From positions 2,130,001 through 2,162,000 of the forward strand of contig NC_014833.1 in the NCBI RefSeq assembly GCF_000179635.2: DNA of 32,000 bases. The letters run 5' to 3'. Positions 9,468 to 18,597 of this stretch are shown one piece after another. The first letter of the stretch is position 1; every line of letters starts with the position of its first letter. The DNA is from Ruminococcus albus 7 = DSM 20455. GTDB lineage: Bacteria; Bacillota; Clostridia; Oscillospirales; Ruminococcaceae. Under the pieces are notes generated by a model. The model saw nothing but the letters and a program-made list of their open reading frames with translations, did not search any database and had not been told where the DNA came from. Both the position numbers and the translations under genes were made by a program.

Positions 9468-10772
9468 ATGGAAAGAAAAATAGTGCTCAGTCTGTTTTAT
9501 ATGGGGATCATAACTGCTATAACGGGGATTGTGATAACTACTGTATCTTATTACGGTTTCTTTCGCAGAGAGGTTGAGGAAAACCTTGTTCACGAATGCA
9601 GACTAGTGGCTGAAAGCTATGAAGATCTTTCTTCTGCAGATGAACTTGAAAAATTTTCGGATGAAGACTTCCGCATAACGCTTATTGACAAGGATGGTAA
9701 TGTGCTTTATGAGAGCGATGCTGATCACCTTACAATGACAAATCATCTCGACAGACCAGAGATAAGATCAGCAGCTGAAACAGGTACAGGCAGTGATACT
9801 CGCTTGTCTGATACACTTGGCACTGAGGATCACTACTACGCTGTCAGACTGGATGATAACAGCATACTTCGTGTTTCGATACAGACCGATTCAATGATCG
9901 CCCTTTTTGAACGTTCTCTATTAATAATATTATTTATAATCGTCGGTATCATAATAGTGTCGTTCATAGTATCTGTAAAGCTTACCGAAAAACTTATTGC
10001 TCCTTTAAAAAAGATACCCGAGATGCTGAAAAAGGATCTTCCTGTTACTGATGCAGATATGTATCCTGAAGTAATACCTCTGGTCGAGGAGATAAGATCC
10101 GTAAGAAATGCACAGAGTGAAATGCGTCAGGAGTTCACGGCTAATGTATCTCACGAGTTGAAAACACCGCTGACTTCCATTTCCGGGTATGCTGAGCTTA
10201 TTGAAACGGGAATGGCGAAAGGCGATGACAGCATTAAATTCGCAGGCAAGATCAAAAAGGAGTCTGCACGTATGCTGACACTTATCGGTGATATATTACG
10301 TCTGTCTGAGCTTGATATAATCAGTGATACTCCGCTAGATGATGACGTAGATTTGAAAGCGCTGTCTGAAGATTGTATTGAACGTCTTCTGAATCAGGCT
10401 GAAAACCGCGGTATCAGAATTAACATAAAAGGAGAAGGCACCGTTGTAAAGGGAAGCAGAACAGAGATAACCGAACTGATCTATAATCTTGTTGACAATG
10501 CTATAAAGTATAACCGAGAAAACGGGAATATAGACATTTTTATAGTTGATAAAAGGCTGACAGTTTCCGATACGGGTATAGGTATTCCACAGGAAAGTAT
10601 ACCGCGTATATTCGAGAGATTCTACCGCATAGACAAAAGCAGGAGCCGAGCAAAAGGCGGAACTGGTCTGGGATTGTCCATCGTGCGGCATATAGCAGAA
10701 CATCATAAAGCCGATATAGATGTAAAAAGTACAGTAGGTGTTGGAACAAGCATCACTGTCACATTCAGATAG
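9468..10772 (+). CDS. sensor histidine kinase (PhoR-like)
   Basis: Has two TM segments, a DRPEIRSAAETGTG motif typical of PhoR sensors, the H-box SHELKTPLTSI, and N/G boxes. The ATG at 9468 follows the regulator's stop codon by 1 nt. Confidence 0.85.
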   Translation: MERKIVLSLFYMGIITAITGIVITTVSYYGFFRREVEENLVHECRLVAESYEDLSSADELEKFSDEDFRITLIDKDGNVLYESDADHLTMTNHLDRPEIRSAAETGTGSDTRLSDTLGTEDHYYAVRLDDNSILRVSIQTDSMIALFERSLLIILFIIVGIIIVSFIVSVKLTEKLIAPLKKIPEMLKKDLPVTDADMYPEVIPLVEEIRSVRNAQSEMRQEFTANVSHELKTPLTSISGYAELIETGMAKGDDSIKFAGKIKKESARMLTLIGDILRLSELDIISDTPLDDDVDLKALSEDCIERLLNQAENRGIRINIKGEGTVVKGSRTEITELIYNLVDNAIKYNRENGNIDIFIVDKRLTVSDTGIGIPQESIPRIFERFYRIDKSRSRAKGGTGLGLSIVRHIAEHHKADIDVKSTVGVGTSITVTFR

Positions 10773-10781
10773 GAGAGTAAA

Positions 10782-12536
10782 ATGAATATATTTTCAATAT
10801 GTACTCTGTGCGGAGGACTGGCATTCTTCCTTTTCGGTATGCACGTAATGTCACAGAGTCTGGAAAAAATAGCAGGCGGTAAACTTGAAGCTACTCTTAA
10901 AAAGATGACATCAAATCCATTTAAAAGCCTTGCACTCGGTGCAGGAATAACAATAGCAGTCCAGTCTTCATCTGCTATGACTGTGATGCTTGTAGGACTT
11001 GTAAATTCAGGTATCATGCAGCTTGAACAGACGGTCGGCGTTATAATGGGCTCAAATGTCGGAACAACGCTGACGGCTTGGCTGCTCAGTACAGCCGGTA
11101 TAAAAAGTGACAACATATTTATCTCGATGCTAAAGCCCGAAAACTTCGCACCTATAGTAGCACTTGCCGGAATAATCATGATAATGATGAGCAAGAAAAA
11201 GAAGCGTCAGGACATAGGCACTATCATGGTTGGCTTTGCAGTGCTAATGTACGGAATGGAGCTTATGAAGGAGGCGGTTTCGCCGCTGGCTGAAACAGAA
11301 GGCTTCACAAAGCTGCTGACGGCTTTTGAAAATCCGCTTCTCAGTGTGGTATTTGGTGCACTTTTCACCGGTGTGATACAATCCTCGGCTGCATCCGTTG
11401 GTATACTTCAGGCGCTTTCCCTGACAGGTGCTATATCCTATAAAATGGCTATCCCTATCATAATGGGTCAGAATATTGGTACCTGCGTCACTGCATTGCT
11501 GTCCTCGATCGGTGTAAACAAAAATGCAAAGCGTGTTACTGTAGTGCACATGTTATTTAACTTTATCGGTACTATAGTTTGCCTTACTATCTTCTATGGA
11601 CTGAACGCTGTTATTCATTTCAGTTTTGTGGATAAATCCATCGGTGCTGTGGAGATAGCAGCTGTACACTCCATATTCAACATTGTGACCACACTGATAC
11701 TTCTGCCATTCACTGATCATCTGGTTAAGCTGGCTAATCGTATCATACCAAAAGCCAATGAAAATGAGAAGAGCGTTCTGCTTGATAATCGCCTTATTTC
11801 AACTCCGCCGCTTGCTGTATCTCAGTGCAGAGAAAGAACTATAGAAATGGCTGTCGGTGCAAAGGATGCTTTGTTGGAATCTCTGAAAGCTATGTTTGAT
11901 ATTAACGAAAAAGCTATACAAAGCGTTGAAGACAAAGAACAGATGCTTGATGAAATGGAGGATAAACTGTCTACGTTTCTGCTGGAACTTTCATCAGTCA
12001 GCCTGACAGATCATGACAGCCGTATCGTTACTGAGCTCCTGCACTGCATCAGTGACTTTGAGCGGATAAGCGATCATGCTATAAATATGATCGAAACAGG
12101 TCGTGAGATGAAGCAAAGCGGGCAGGAATTTTCTTTGAATGCCAAGGCAGATTTTGCTACTCTTTTCGCAGCACTTACCGAAATATCCGAAATGACTGTG
12201 AAAGCTTTCTCCGCCGAGGATACAGAAATAGCCTTCAATGTCGAACCTCTTGAAGAGGTCATTGACGATCTGACAAAAACTATAAGGGATAAGCATATCG
12301 CAAGACTTCGCAAAGGAGAATGCAGCCCCGAACTTGGTGTTTACCTTTCCGATCTGCTTATCAACTGTGAAAGAGTATCCGATCATTGTTCTAATATTGC
12401 AGTATCTATCATACAGATATCAAAATCCAGCATGAACAGCCATGATTATCTAAGTGGTCTGAAAGCTGAACTGTCTCCGAAATTCATAGAATGTTATACT
12501 TCTTATGGGCAGAAATACAGGCTTGCTGAGGAATAA
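10782..12536 (+). CDS. Na/Pi cotransporter family protein with C-terminal PhoU-like repeats
   Basis: The N-terminal half shows a duplicated ...QSSSA(M/S)... NptA-type signature in a membrane domain. The C-terminal part is soluble and helical, with the ERISDH / ERVSDH PhoU-like motifs. Confidence 0.85.
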   Translation: MNIFSICTLCGGLAFFLFGMHVMSQSLEKIAGGKLEATLKKMTSNPFKSLALGAGITIAVQSSSAMTVMLVGLVNSGIMQLEQTVGVIMGSNVGTTLTAWLLSTAGIKSDNIFISMLKPENFAPIVALAGIIMIMMSKKKKRQDIGTIMVGFAVLMYGMELMKEAVSPLAETEGFTKLLTAFENPLLSVVFGALFTGVIQSSAASVGILQALSLTGAISYKMAIPIIMGQNIGTCVTALLSSIGVNKNAKRVTVVHMLFNFIGTIVCLTIFYGLNAVIHFSFVDKSIGAVEIAAVHSIFNIVTTLILLPFTDHLVKLANRIIPKANENEKSVLLDNRLISTPPLAVSQCRERTIEMAVGAKDALLESLKAMFDINEKAIQSVEDKEQMLDEMEDKLSTFLLELSSVSLTDHDSRIVTELLHCISDFERISDHAINMIETGREMKQSGQEFSLNAKADFATLFAALTEISEMTVKAFSAEDTEIAFNVEPLEEVIDDLTKTIRDKHIARLRKGECSPELGVYLSDLLINCERVSDHCSNIAVSIIQISKSSMNSHDYLSGLKAELSPKFIECYTSYGQKYRLAEE

Positions 12537-12575
12537 GCTATGTAAGCAAACTGTTTTTCAGTTCATGATAAACTC

Positions 12576-12604
12576 TTGACAAATGATTTGTTTTATAGTA
12601 TTAT
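12576..12604 (+). promoter_or_regulatory. sigma-A promoter of cysK
   Basis: TTGACA (12576-12581), 17 nt, TATTAT (12599-12604). Confidence 0.6.
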
Positions 12605-12653
12605 AATTATGTTTTTATAAATTATATTTATAACCATGAACGGAGAAGAAGAA

Positions 12654-13580
12654 ATGATATATAACAATATTCTTGAAGCACTCGGACACACACCTATGAT
12701 AAGGCTCAATCGTATGAATAAGCCCGGTAATGCCGAAGTCCTTGTTAAATTTGAAGGACTGAATGTCGGCGGTTCAATCAAAACCAGAACTGCTTATAAT
12801 ATGATAAAAAATGCCGAAAAACAGGGGCTAATAAAAGAAGATACTGTGATCGTTGAACCTACCAGCGGCAATCAGGGAATTGGTCTTGCTCTTGTGGGAG
12901 CTGTAAGAGGTTATAAGACTATTATCATAATGCCTGATTCTGTCAGTGAGGAAAGACGTAAACTGGTAGAGCATTATGGAGCTAAGGTAATGCTTATACA
13001 CGATGATGGCGATATCGGTGCCTGCATTCAGGAATGCCTCGATACAGCTTTAAGAATGGCAGCCGAGGATCCTAAAGTATTTGTTCCTCAGCAGTTTGCT
13101 AACCCAAACAATGTTTATGCTCACAAGTATCATACTGCGCTGGAGATAATGGAACAGACAGCAGGAAAGATCGACGGTTTCTGTTCGGGCATAGGTACCG
13201 GCGGAACTATCACAGGTATCGGTGAAGCACTACGTGCGCAGTATCCCGATCTTGAGATATGGGCTGTCGAGCCTGAGAATGCTGCCATCCTCGCAGGTGG
13301 TACGATAGGCACACATTTACAGATGGGCATCGGAGATGGTATAATACCGGATATTCTCAATCAGAATATTTACGATGAGATATACATCGTCAGCGATGAG
13401 GAAGCTATTCAGACAGCAAAGGATCTGGCTTCAAAAGAGGGCATCATGTGTGGTATATCCAGTGGTACTAACGTAGCAGCTGCACTAAAGCTTGCTGAAA
13501 AACTTGGAGAAGGCAAAACAGTTGTAACGATACTGCCTGATACTGCTGAGAGATATTTCTCTACACCACTTTTTGAATGA
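12654..13580 (+). CDS. cysK: cysteine synthase A (O-acetylserine sulfhydrylase), PLP enzyme
   Basis: MIYNNILEALGHTPMIRLNRM...GGSIKTRTAYNMI (PLP lysine context) ...GIGTGGTITG. GGAGAAG RBS lies before the ATG at 12654. Confidence 0.88.
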   Translation: MIYNNILEALGHTPMIRLNRMNKPGNAEVLVKFEGLNVGGSIKTRTAYNMIKNAEKQGLIKEDTVIVEPTSGNQGIGLALVGAVRGYKTIIIMPDSVSEERRKLVEHYGAKVMLIHDDGDIGACIQECLDTALRMAAEDPKVFVPQQFANPNNVYAHKYHTALEIMEQTAGKIDGFCSGIGTGGTITGIGEALRAQYPDLEIWAVEPENAAILAGGTIGTHLQMGIGDGIIPDILNQNIYDEIYIVSDEEAIQTAKDLASKEGIMCGISSGTNVAAALKLAEKLGEGKTVVTILPDTAERYFSTPLFE

Positions 13581-13592
13581 TCATATGTTTTA

Positions 13593-13633
13593 AACGGACG
13601 GCGTGAGAAAATCAAGCGCAGTCCGTTCTTTTA
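13593..13633 (+). terminator. rho-independent terminator after cysK
   Basis: Stem aacggac...gtccgtt followed by cttttat. Confidence 0.65.
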
Positions 13634-13698
13634 TCGATAGAAATGTACTTTCAGCGAAAAAAGCTTGGTGAAGAAAGGTGAAAAATCCGTTAAAGCTC

Positions 13699-13727
13699 TT
13701 GACAATCGAGGACATATCGTATATAAT
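13699..13727 (+). promoter_or_regulatory. sigma-A promoter driving the T-box leader
   Basis: TTGACA (13699-13704), 17 nt, TATAAT (13722-13727). Confidence 0.75.
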
Positions 13728-13733
13728 ATATGT

Positions 13734-13972
13734 ATATATGTAAATGCTGTGACGGAATTATCCGCAGGCGAGGACTGAAGAGAGGGAGCGGTGGGTGCAA
13801 GCTCCTGTCTGAGCGGCGGTGGCTGACCTGAGCTCGCACTGTGAAAACAGTGACGTATCATCTGCGTTAAAGATGTCGAGTGGGCGCGTATATTCAGTGT
13901 GCGTCAATTTGGGTGGTATCACGGAGTATTCAGCTTCGTCCCATGTACAGGGGCGGGGCTGTTTTTGTTTTA
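13734..13972 (+). promoter_or_regulatory. T-box riboswitch leader (tRNA-sensing transcription attenuator), probably Ala-specific
   Basis: Stem I shows AG-bay AGAGAG, helix GGAGC/GCUCC and distal loop GGUGGGUGCAA (13781-13807). The T-box sequence is AAUUUGGGUGGUAUCACGGAG (13906-13926). The antiterminator is GGG[UGGUAUC bulge]ACGGAG...CUUCGUCCC. The competing terminator is CAGCUUCGUCCC/GGGGCGGGGCUG plus UUUUUGUUUU (13931-13970). Confidence 0.88.
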
Positions 13973-14049
13973 ACATGAGTTCGCGGCGTTTATCAAGAGA
14001 TACAGAATACTTTCAAAGGGAGATAACAATTGCAGGAGGTGCTTTAAAT

Positions 14050-14889
14050 ATGAGCATCAGACTATCAAAGGAAGAATCAGAGAAACGTCTTGAATTAAGA
14101 AAAGAAACTGTGCATAAAGTTTGTCTTAAAAAGACAGATATGAGCCATCTTATTTCGAGAGTCGCTGTTGTGTTGGACGTTTCGGGTTCAATGACGAAAG
14201 CTTTTCAGAGCGGTATGGTACAGGCAACGCTGGAAAGACTGCTTCCGCTGGCTATGGCTTTTGATGATGACGGCTCTATGGAAGTGTGGACTTTCGACCA
14301 TGAGTTCAAGCGGTATCCGCCGATAACGAGGACGAATTTTTACGACTACATCAAGGATAACAAGATCTCTGCGCGGGGCGGAACGATGTATGCGCCCGTT
14401 CTCCGCGATGTGGGCAGTTATTTCGTTCAGGAAGAACCTGCGAAAATACCGACATATGTTATCTTTATCACCGACGGTGATAATGCCGACGAATCAGATA
14501 CGGACAAAGCTATAAAGATCCTTTCTCACTTTCCGATATTCTTTCAGTTTGTCGGGATAGGCGATACGAGTAAGAATGGATTCAGGTACTTGAGAAAGCT
14601 TGACGATATGGACGGCAGATATGTAGATAATGCGAATTTCTTTGCCATCGAGAATCTTGCTGATATTGAGGTGATAGATGATGTTTCTCTTTACACAAAG
14701 CTTCTTGACGAATATCCGAAATGGCTGAATTATCCCGAGGTCAGGGAAATGATCTCTAAGGGCGATGTGATGGACAAGCAGAAAAAGAAGTACCTTAAAA
14801 AGCTCAAAAAGCGCAGCGAAAGTTCTGGACTTGAAGTTGGCGGATTGATTGTCGATATAATTGAAATATTAGTGGATATTTTTACGTAA
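14050..14889 (+). CDS. vWA-TerF-like (von Willebrand A) domain protein with basic/hydrophobic C-terminal tail
   Basis: GGAGG lies 10 nt before the ATG at 14050. VAVVLDVSGSM is the MIDAS DxSxS motif. ...FITDGDN...PIFFQFVGIG...GRYVDNANFF... matches my recollection of the vWA-TerF-like family. The upstream part of listed ORF 13819-14889 covers the T-box RNA and is not coding. Confidence 0.8.
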   Translation: MSIRLSKEESEKRLELRKETVHKVCLKKTDMSHLISRVAVVLDVSGSMTKAFQSGMVQATLERLLPLAMAFDDDGSMEVWTFDHEFKRYPPITRTNFYDYIKDNKISARGGTMYAPVLRDVGSYFVQEEPAKIPTYVIFITDGDNADESDTDKAIKILSHFPIFFQFVGIGDTSKNGFRYLRKLDDMDGRYVDNANFFAIENLADIEVIDDVSLYTKLLDEYPKWLNYPEVREMISKGDVMDKQKKKYLKKLKKRSESSGLEVGGLIVDIIEILVDIFT

Positions 14890-14915
14890 ATTATTTTTGA
14901 AAGGAAAGATATATA

Positions 14916-17573
14916 ATGGAATGGACCAGTCTTAATGATCTGAGAGAATCGTATCTGAAATTTTTTGAAAGCAAGGGATGTCTGAGACACAAGAGCTATC
15001 CTCTTGTACCCCAGAACGACAAGAGTCTGCTGCTGATCGTTGCAGGTATGGCTCCTCTGAAACCTTATTTTACAGGCCAGGAGGTTCCTCCGAGAGTACG
15101 TATGACTACTTGTCAGAAGTGCATCAGAACAGGTGATATCGAGAACGTTGGTAAGACCGCAAGACACGGTACTTACTTTGAGATGCTTGGTAACTTCTCC
15201 TTTGGCGACTACTTCAAGAAAGAAGCTATCGCATGGGCTTGGGAGTATGTTACCGACGTTCTGAAGCTGCCCCTTGACAGACTTCACGTATCGGTATACG
15301 AGGACGATGACGAGGCTGAAAAGATCTGGCACGAGGAGATCGGTGTGCCTATGGATCATATCGTCCGCATGGGCAAGGAGGACAACTTCTGGGAGGCTGG
15401 TACAGACGGCCCCTGCGGTCCCTGCTCTGAGATCTATTTCGACCGCGGCGAGAAGTACGGCTGCGGCAAGCCTACCTGCGGCGTAGGATGCGACTGTGAC
15501 AGATATATGGAGTTCTGGAATCTGGTATTCACTCAGTTTGAGAGACACGAGGACGGCACTTACACTCCTCTGGCACAGAAGAACATCGATACAGGTATGG
15601 GTCTGGAAAGACTTGCAGCACTGATGCAGGGCGTTGATTCCATTTTCGATGTTGATACAGTTAAGGCTATCAGAGATCACATCTGCAAGATCGCTGGCTG
15701 CGAGTACGGTGCTGAGTACAAGAAGGACGTATCTATTCGTGTTATCACCGACCATATCCGTGCAGTAACATTTCTTGCTTCCGACGGTGTACTTCCTTCA
15801 AACGAAGGCAGAGGCTATGTTATGAGAAGACTTCTCAGACGTGCTGTCCGTCACGGCAAACTGCTTGGTATAAACGGTCTGTTTCTGAAAGACCTTGTAA
15901 AGACAGTTGTTGACTGCAACAAGTGCGAATATAACGAACTGGAAGAAAAGTTTGACTATATCGTAAAGGTGCTGACTACCGAGGAACAGAACTTCAACTC
16001 CACTATCGACAGAGGTATGAAGATACTGGACGAGTATATTGAGAAGCTTCAGGCTGAGGGCAAGACTACTCTTGACGGAGAGAGCTGCTTCAAGCTTTCC
16101 GACACCTATGGTTTCCCGCTTGATCTGACCAGAGAGATACTGGAAGAAAAGGGACTTTCTGCTGATGAAGAAGGCTATGCTGTTTGCATGGAGAAGCAGA
16201 GAGAGACTGCAAGAGGTGCAAGAGAATCTCAGGGCTACATGGGTGCTGAGGAAACTGTATTCCATAAGATCGACAAGAACGTTTCTACAAAGTTCACAGG
16301 CTATGATAAGACCGAAGACACCGGAGTAATCTCTTATCTTGCTAATGATGAAGATCTTATCGAAAATGCCGGTGTTGAGGACGTTGTATATATCGTTCCC
16401 GACCAGACTTGTTTCTATGCTGAAAGCGGCGGACAGACCGGCGATACAGGTATCGTTGAGACTGCAACCGGCAAGGCAGATGTTCTGGATACACAGAAGG
16501 CAGTTGGCGGAAAGTTCGCACTGAAAGTAAAGGTAACAGAGGGTGCGCTGACAGTTGGTCAGCAGGTTACATTCAAGGTTGACAAGGCTAAGCGTCTGGC
16601 TACCATGAGAAACCACAGCTGCGCACATCTTCTGCAGGCTGCACTGAGAAGTGTTCTTGGTGATCACGTTCATCAGGCAGGTCAGTTGGTTGACAGCCAG
16701 AGGCTGCGTTTCGACTTCTCTCACTTTGAGGCTATGACCAATGAAGAAAAGGCTAAGGTCGAGGCTCTTGTAAACAAGTATATTTTCGATGCACTGGATA
16801 TCACAATGGAGGAAATGCCTATCGCCGAGGCTCAGAAGCTGGGTGCTATGGCACTGTTCGGCGAAAAGTACGGTGAGACTGTAAGAGTTGTTACCATGGG
16901 TGACAAGTCCGATGCTGCATCTATCGAATTCTGCGGCGGTACTCATCTGAACAACACTTCAAAGATCGGTCTGTTCAAGATCATCTCCGAGAACTCCGTT
17001 GCTTCGGGTGTAAGAAGAATCGAAGCTGTAACAGGTACAGGTGTTTTGGAACTGCTCAATTCCAATATCGATACCATAAACAAGGCTTCCGAGACACTTA
17101 AACTCAACAATCCTGCTGAACTTGTTGCACGCTGCGGCGCTGTAATGCATGAGATAAAGGGTCTTGAGAAGGAGAGAGATTCTCTTGAAACTTCTATGGC
17201 TAACATGAGAGCTAAGTCAGTTCTGGAGAACGCTGTTGACGTTAACGGCGTTTCTGTTGCAACTGCTCAGCTTACAAATATCAAGCCCGATGTACTGAGA
17301 AAGATGGCTGACGAGCTGAAGGCTGCTAACGACAATGTTCTTGTAATAATGACCACTGTAAATGGCGAAAAGGGCAACATCGTTGCTGCTGCAGGCAAGG
17401 AAGCTGTTGCTAAGGGTGCTCACGCAGGCAAGATAGCAGGCAAGATAGCTGCACTTACTAACGGTAAGGGCGGCGGACGTCCTGATTCTGCTATGGCAGG
17501 TGTTGGTGATGTCACACTGATCGGCGCTGCACTTGAAAAGGCTGCTGAGGTTGCAGGAGAATTCATCAAGTAA
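14916..17573 (+). CDS. alaS: alanine--tRNA ligase
   Basis: 885 aa. MEWTSLNDLRESYLKFFESKGC..., the class II core, the editing domain HxxxH/CxxxH (HSCAHLL ... CGGTH), and a C-terminal DHHA1-like domain. Confidence 0.95.
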   Translation: MEWTSLNDLRESYLKFFESKGCLRHKSYPLVPQNDKSLLLIVAGMAPLKPYFTGQEVPPRVRMTTCQKCIRTGDIENVGKTARHGTYFEMLGNFSFGDYFKKEAIAWAWEYVTDVLKLPLDRLHVSVYEDDDEAEKIWHEEIGVPMDHIVRMGKEDNFWEAGTDGPCGPCSEIYFDRGEKYGCGKPTCGVGCDCDRYMEFWNLVFTQFERHEDGTYTPLAQKNIDTGMGLERLAALMQGVDSIFDVDTVKAIRDHICKIAGCEYGAEYKKDVSIRVITDHIRAVTFLASDGVLPSNEGRGYVMRRLLRRAVRHGKLLGINGLFLKDLVKTVVDCNKCEYNELEEKFDYIVKVLTTEEQNFNSTIDRGMKILDEYIEKLQAEGKTTLDGESCFKLSDTYGFPLDLTREILEEKGLSADEEGYAVCMEKQRETARGARESQGYMGAEETVFHKIDKNVSTKFTGYDKTEDTGVISYLANDEDLIENAGVEDVVYIVPDQTCFYAESGGQTGDTGIVETATGKADVLDTQKAVGGKFALKVKVTEGALTVGQQVTFKVDKAKRLATMRNHSCAHLLQAALRSVLGDHVHQAGQLVDSQRLRFDFSHFEAMTNEEKAKVEALVNKYIFDALDITMEEMPIAEAQKLGAMALFGEKYGETVRVVTMGDKSDAASIEFCGGTHLNNTSKIGLFKIISENSVASGVRRIEAVTGTGVLELLNSNIDTINKASETLKLNNPAELVARCGAVMHEIKGLEKERDSLETSMANMRAKSVLENAVDVNGVSVATAQLTNIKPDVLRKMADELKAANDNVLVIMTTVNGEKGNIVAAAGKEAVAKGAHAGKIAGKIAALTNGKGGGRPDSAMAGVGDVTLIGAALEKAAEVAGEFIK

Positions 17574-17651
17574 TATAAATATGATCTGCGGCGGTGCTGA
17601 TATATTGCACCGCCTGACAGATATAATCCATATGTATCGGAGTAAAACCTG

Positions 17652-18161
17652 ATGGGCAAGCCTGTTGTGGTAGAACAGTATAATGAAGAATGGGCTGCTG
17701 ATTTTCAGGCTATCAAAGCCGAACTGAACGTTGCGCTGGGAAATCTCGCGCTGAGGATAGAGCATGTCGGAAGCACTTCGGTTATTGGGCTTTCGGCTAA
17801 ACCGATAATTGATATCGATGTTGTAATACGTGATGTAAGTTTGCTTGAAAATATGATTGATGCGTTAGGCAAGACAGGCTATGTACACGAGGGCGACCTT
17901 GGTATCAGCGGACGCGAAGCTTTCAAGTACAAAGGTAAAGAACATCTGCGTAAGCATCATCTTTATGTTTGTGCTGAGGATTCATCTGAGCTTAACAGGC
18001 ATATCAAGTTCAGGGACTATCTGCGTTTTCACCCCGAAGCGGTAGTGGAATACAGCCGTATAAAGGAAAAGGGTGCGGCGTTTTTTCCAGATGATATTGA
18101 AAAATATATCGAATATAAATCTCCGTTTATCGAGAAGATATATGCGGAGATAGGAATATAA
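17652..18161 (+). CDS. GrpB family protein (nucleotidyltransferase-fold, UPF0157)
   Basis: ...W...F......L.......IEHVGSTSV.GL.AKPIIDIDVV... is the GrpB signature. Confidence 0.8.
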   Translation: MGKPVVVEQYNEEWAADFQAIKAELNVALGNLALRIEHVGSTSVIGLSAKPIIDIDVVIRDVSLLENMIDALGKTGYVHEGDLGISGREAFKYKGKEHLRKHHLYVCAEDSSELNRHIKFRDYLRFHPEAVVEYSRIKEKGAAFFPDDIEKYIEYKSPFIEKIYAEIGI

Positions 18162-18187
18162 ATTTTATTGATCCGGAGGTAAGAAAA

Positions 18188-18532
18188 ATGTCTGATTGTT
18201 TATTCTGTAAGATAATCGCGGGGGAGATACCCTCAAAAAAAGTTTACGAGGACGAACTTGTTTACGCATTTGAAGATATCGCACCTACTGCACCTGTTCA
18301 TTTTCTTGTGATACCAAAACAGCATATCTCAAAACTTGATGAAGTTAATGAAGCAAATAGTGCTGTAATAGCCCATATTTATGAAGTTATCGCTAAGATC
18401 GCCAAGGAAAATGAAGCAATGAAAGACGGCTACCGCGTTGTTACAAACTGTGGTGAGAGTGCAGGACAGAGTGTATTTCACATTCATTTCCATGTTCTTG
18501 CGGGCAGACCCCTTACCTGGCCTGCAGGCTAA
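18188..18532 (+). CDS. HIT family (histidine triad) nucleotide hydrolase/transferase
   Basis: CLFCKII..., followed by the HIHFHVLAG histidine triad. Confidence 0.9.
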   Translation: MSDCLFCKIIAGEIPSKKVYEDELVYAFEDIAPTAPVHFLVIPKQHISKLDEVNEANSAVIAHIYEVIAKIAKENEAMKDGYRVVTNCGESAGQSVFHIHFHVLAGRPLTWPAG

Positions 18533-18552
18533 CTGATAGGTTTAGGGGCTGT

Positions 18553-18590
18553 CGGAAAATTGATTTTTCTGACAGCCTTATATAGTGTGG
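18553..18590 (+). terminator. hairpin terminator after the HIT gene
   Basis: Stem ggctgtc...gacagcc followed by ttatata. Confidence 0.5.
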
Positions 18591-18597
18591 TGATCAT

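Noticed and set aside
10335-11194. Minus-strand ORFs overlapping the histidine kinase 3' end and the Na/Pi transporter 5' end
   Set aside because: They are antisense to well-supported genes and have no translation signals.
12571-13706. Recurrent CTCTTGACA strings (12573, 13696, and on the minus strand at 7802 and 8542) as a dispersed repeat
   Set aside because: On their own they are an extended -35 consensus of sigma-A promoters. Only the versions paired with TTTACA at fixed 6 bp spacing were kept as operator candidates.
13819-14049. N-terminal 77 codons of the listed 356 aa ORF 13819-14889
   Set aside because: This stretch is the T-box leader RNA (T-box sequence, antiterminator, terminator). 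The real start is the ATG at 14050, which has a GGAGG RBS.
14730-16946. Two very long minus-strand ORFs (341 aa and 382 aa) opposite alaS
   Set aside because: They are shadow ORFs antisense to a highly conserved synthetase gene. Composition is Leu/Ser/Cys/Val-rich and low in information, and there is no RBS or promoter. The alaS frame explains the open reading.
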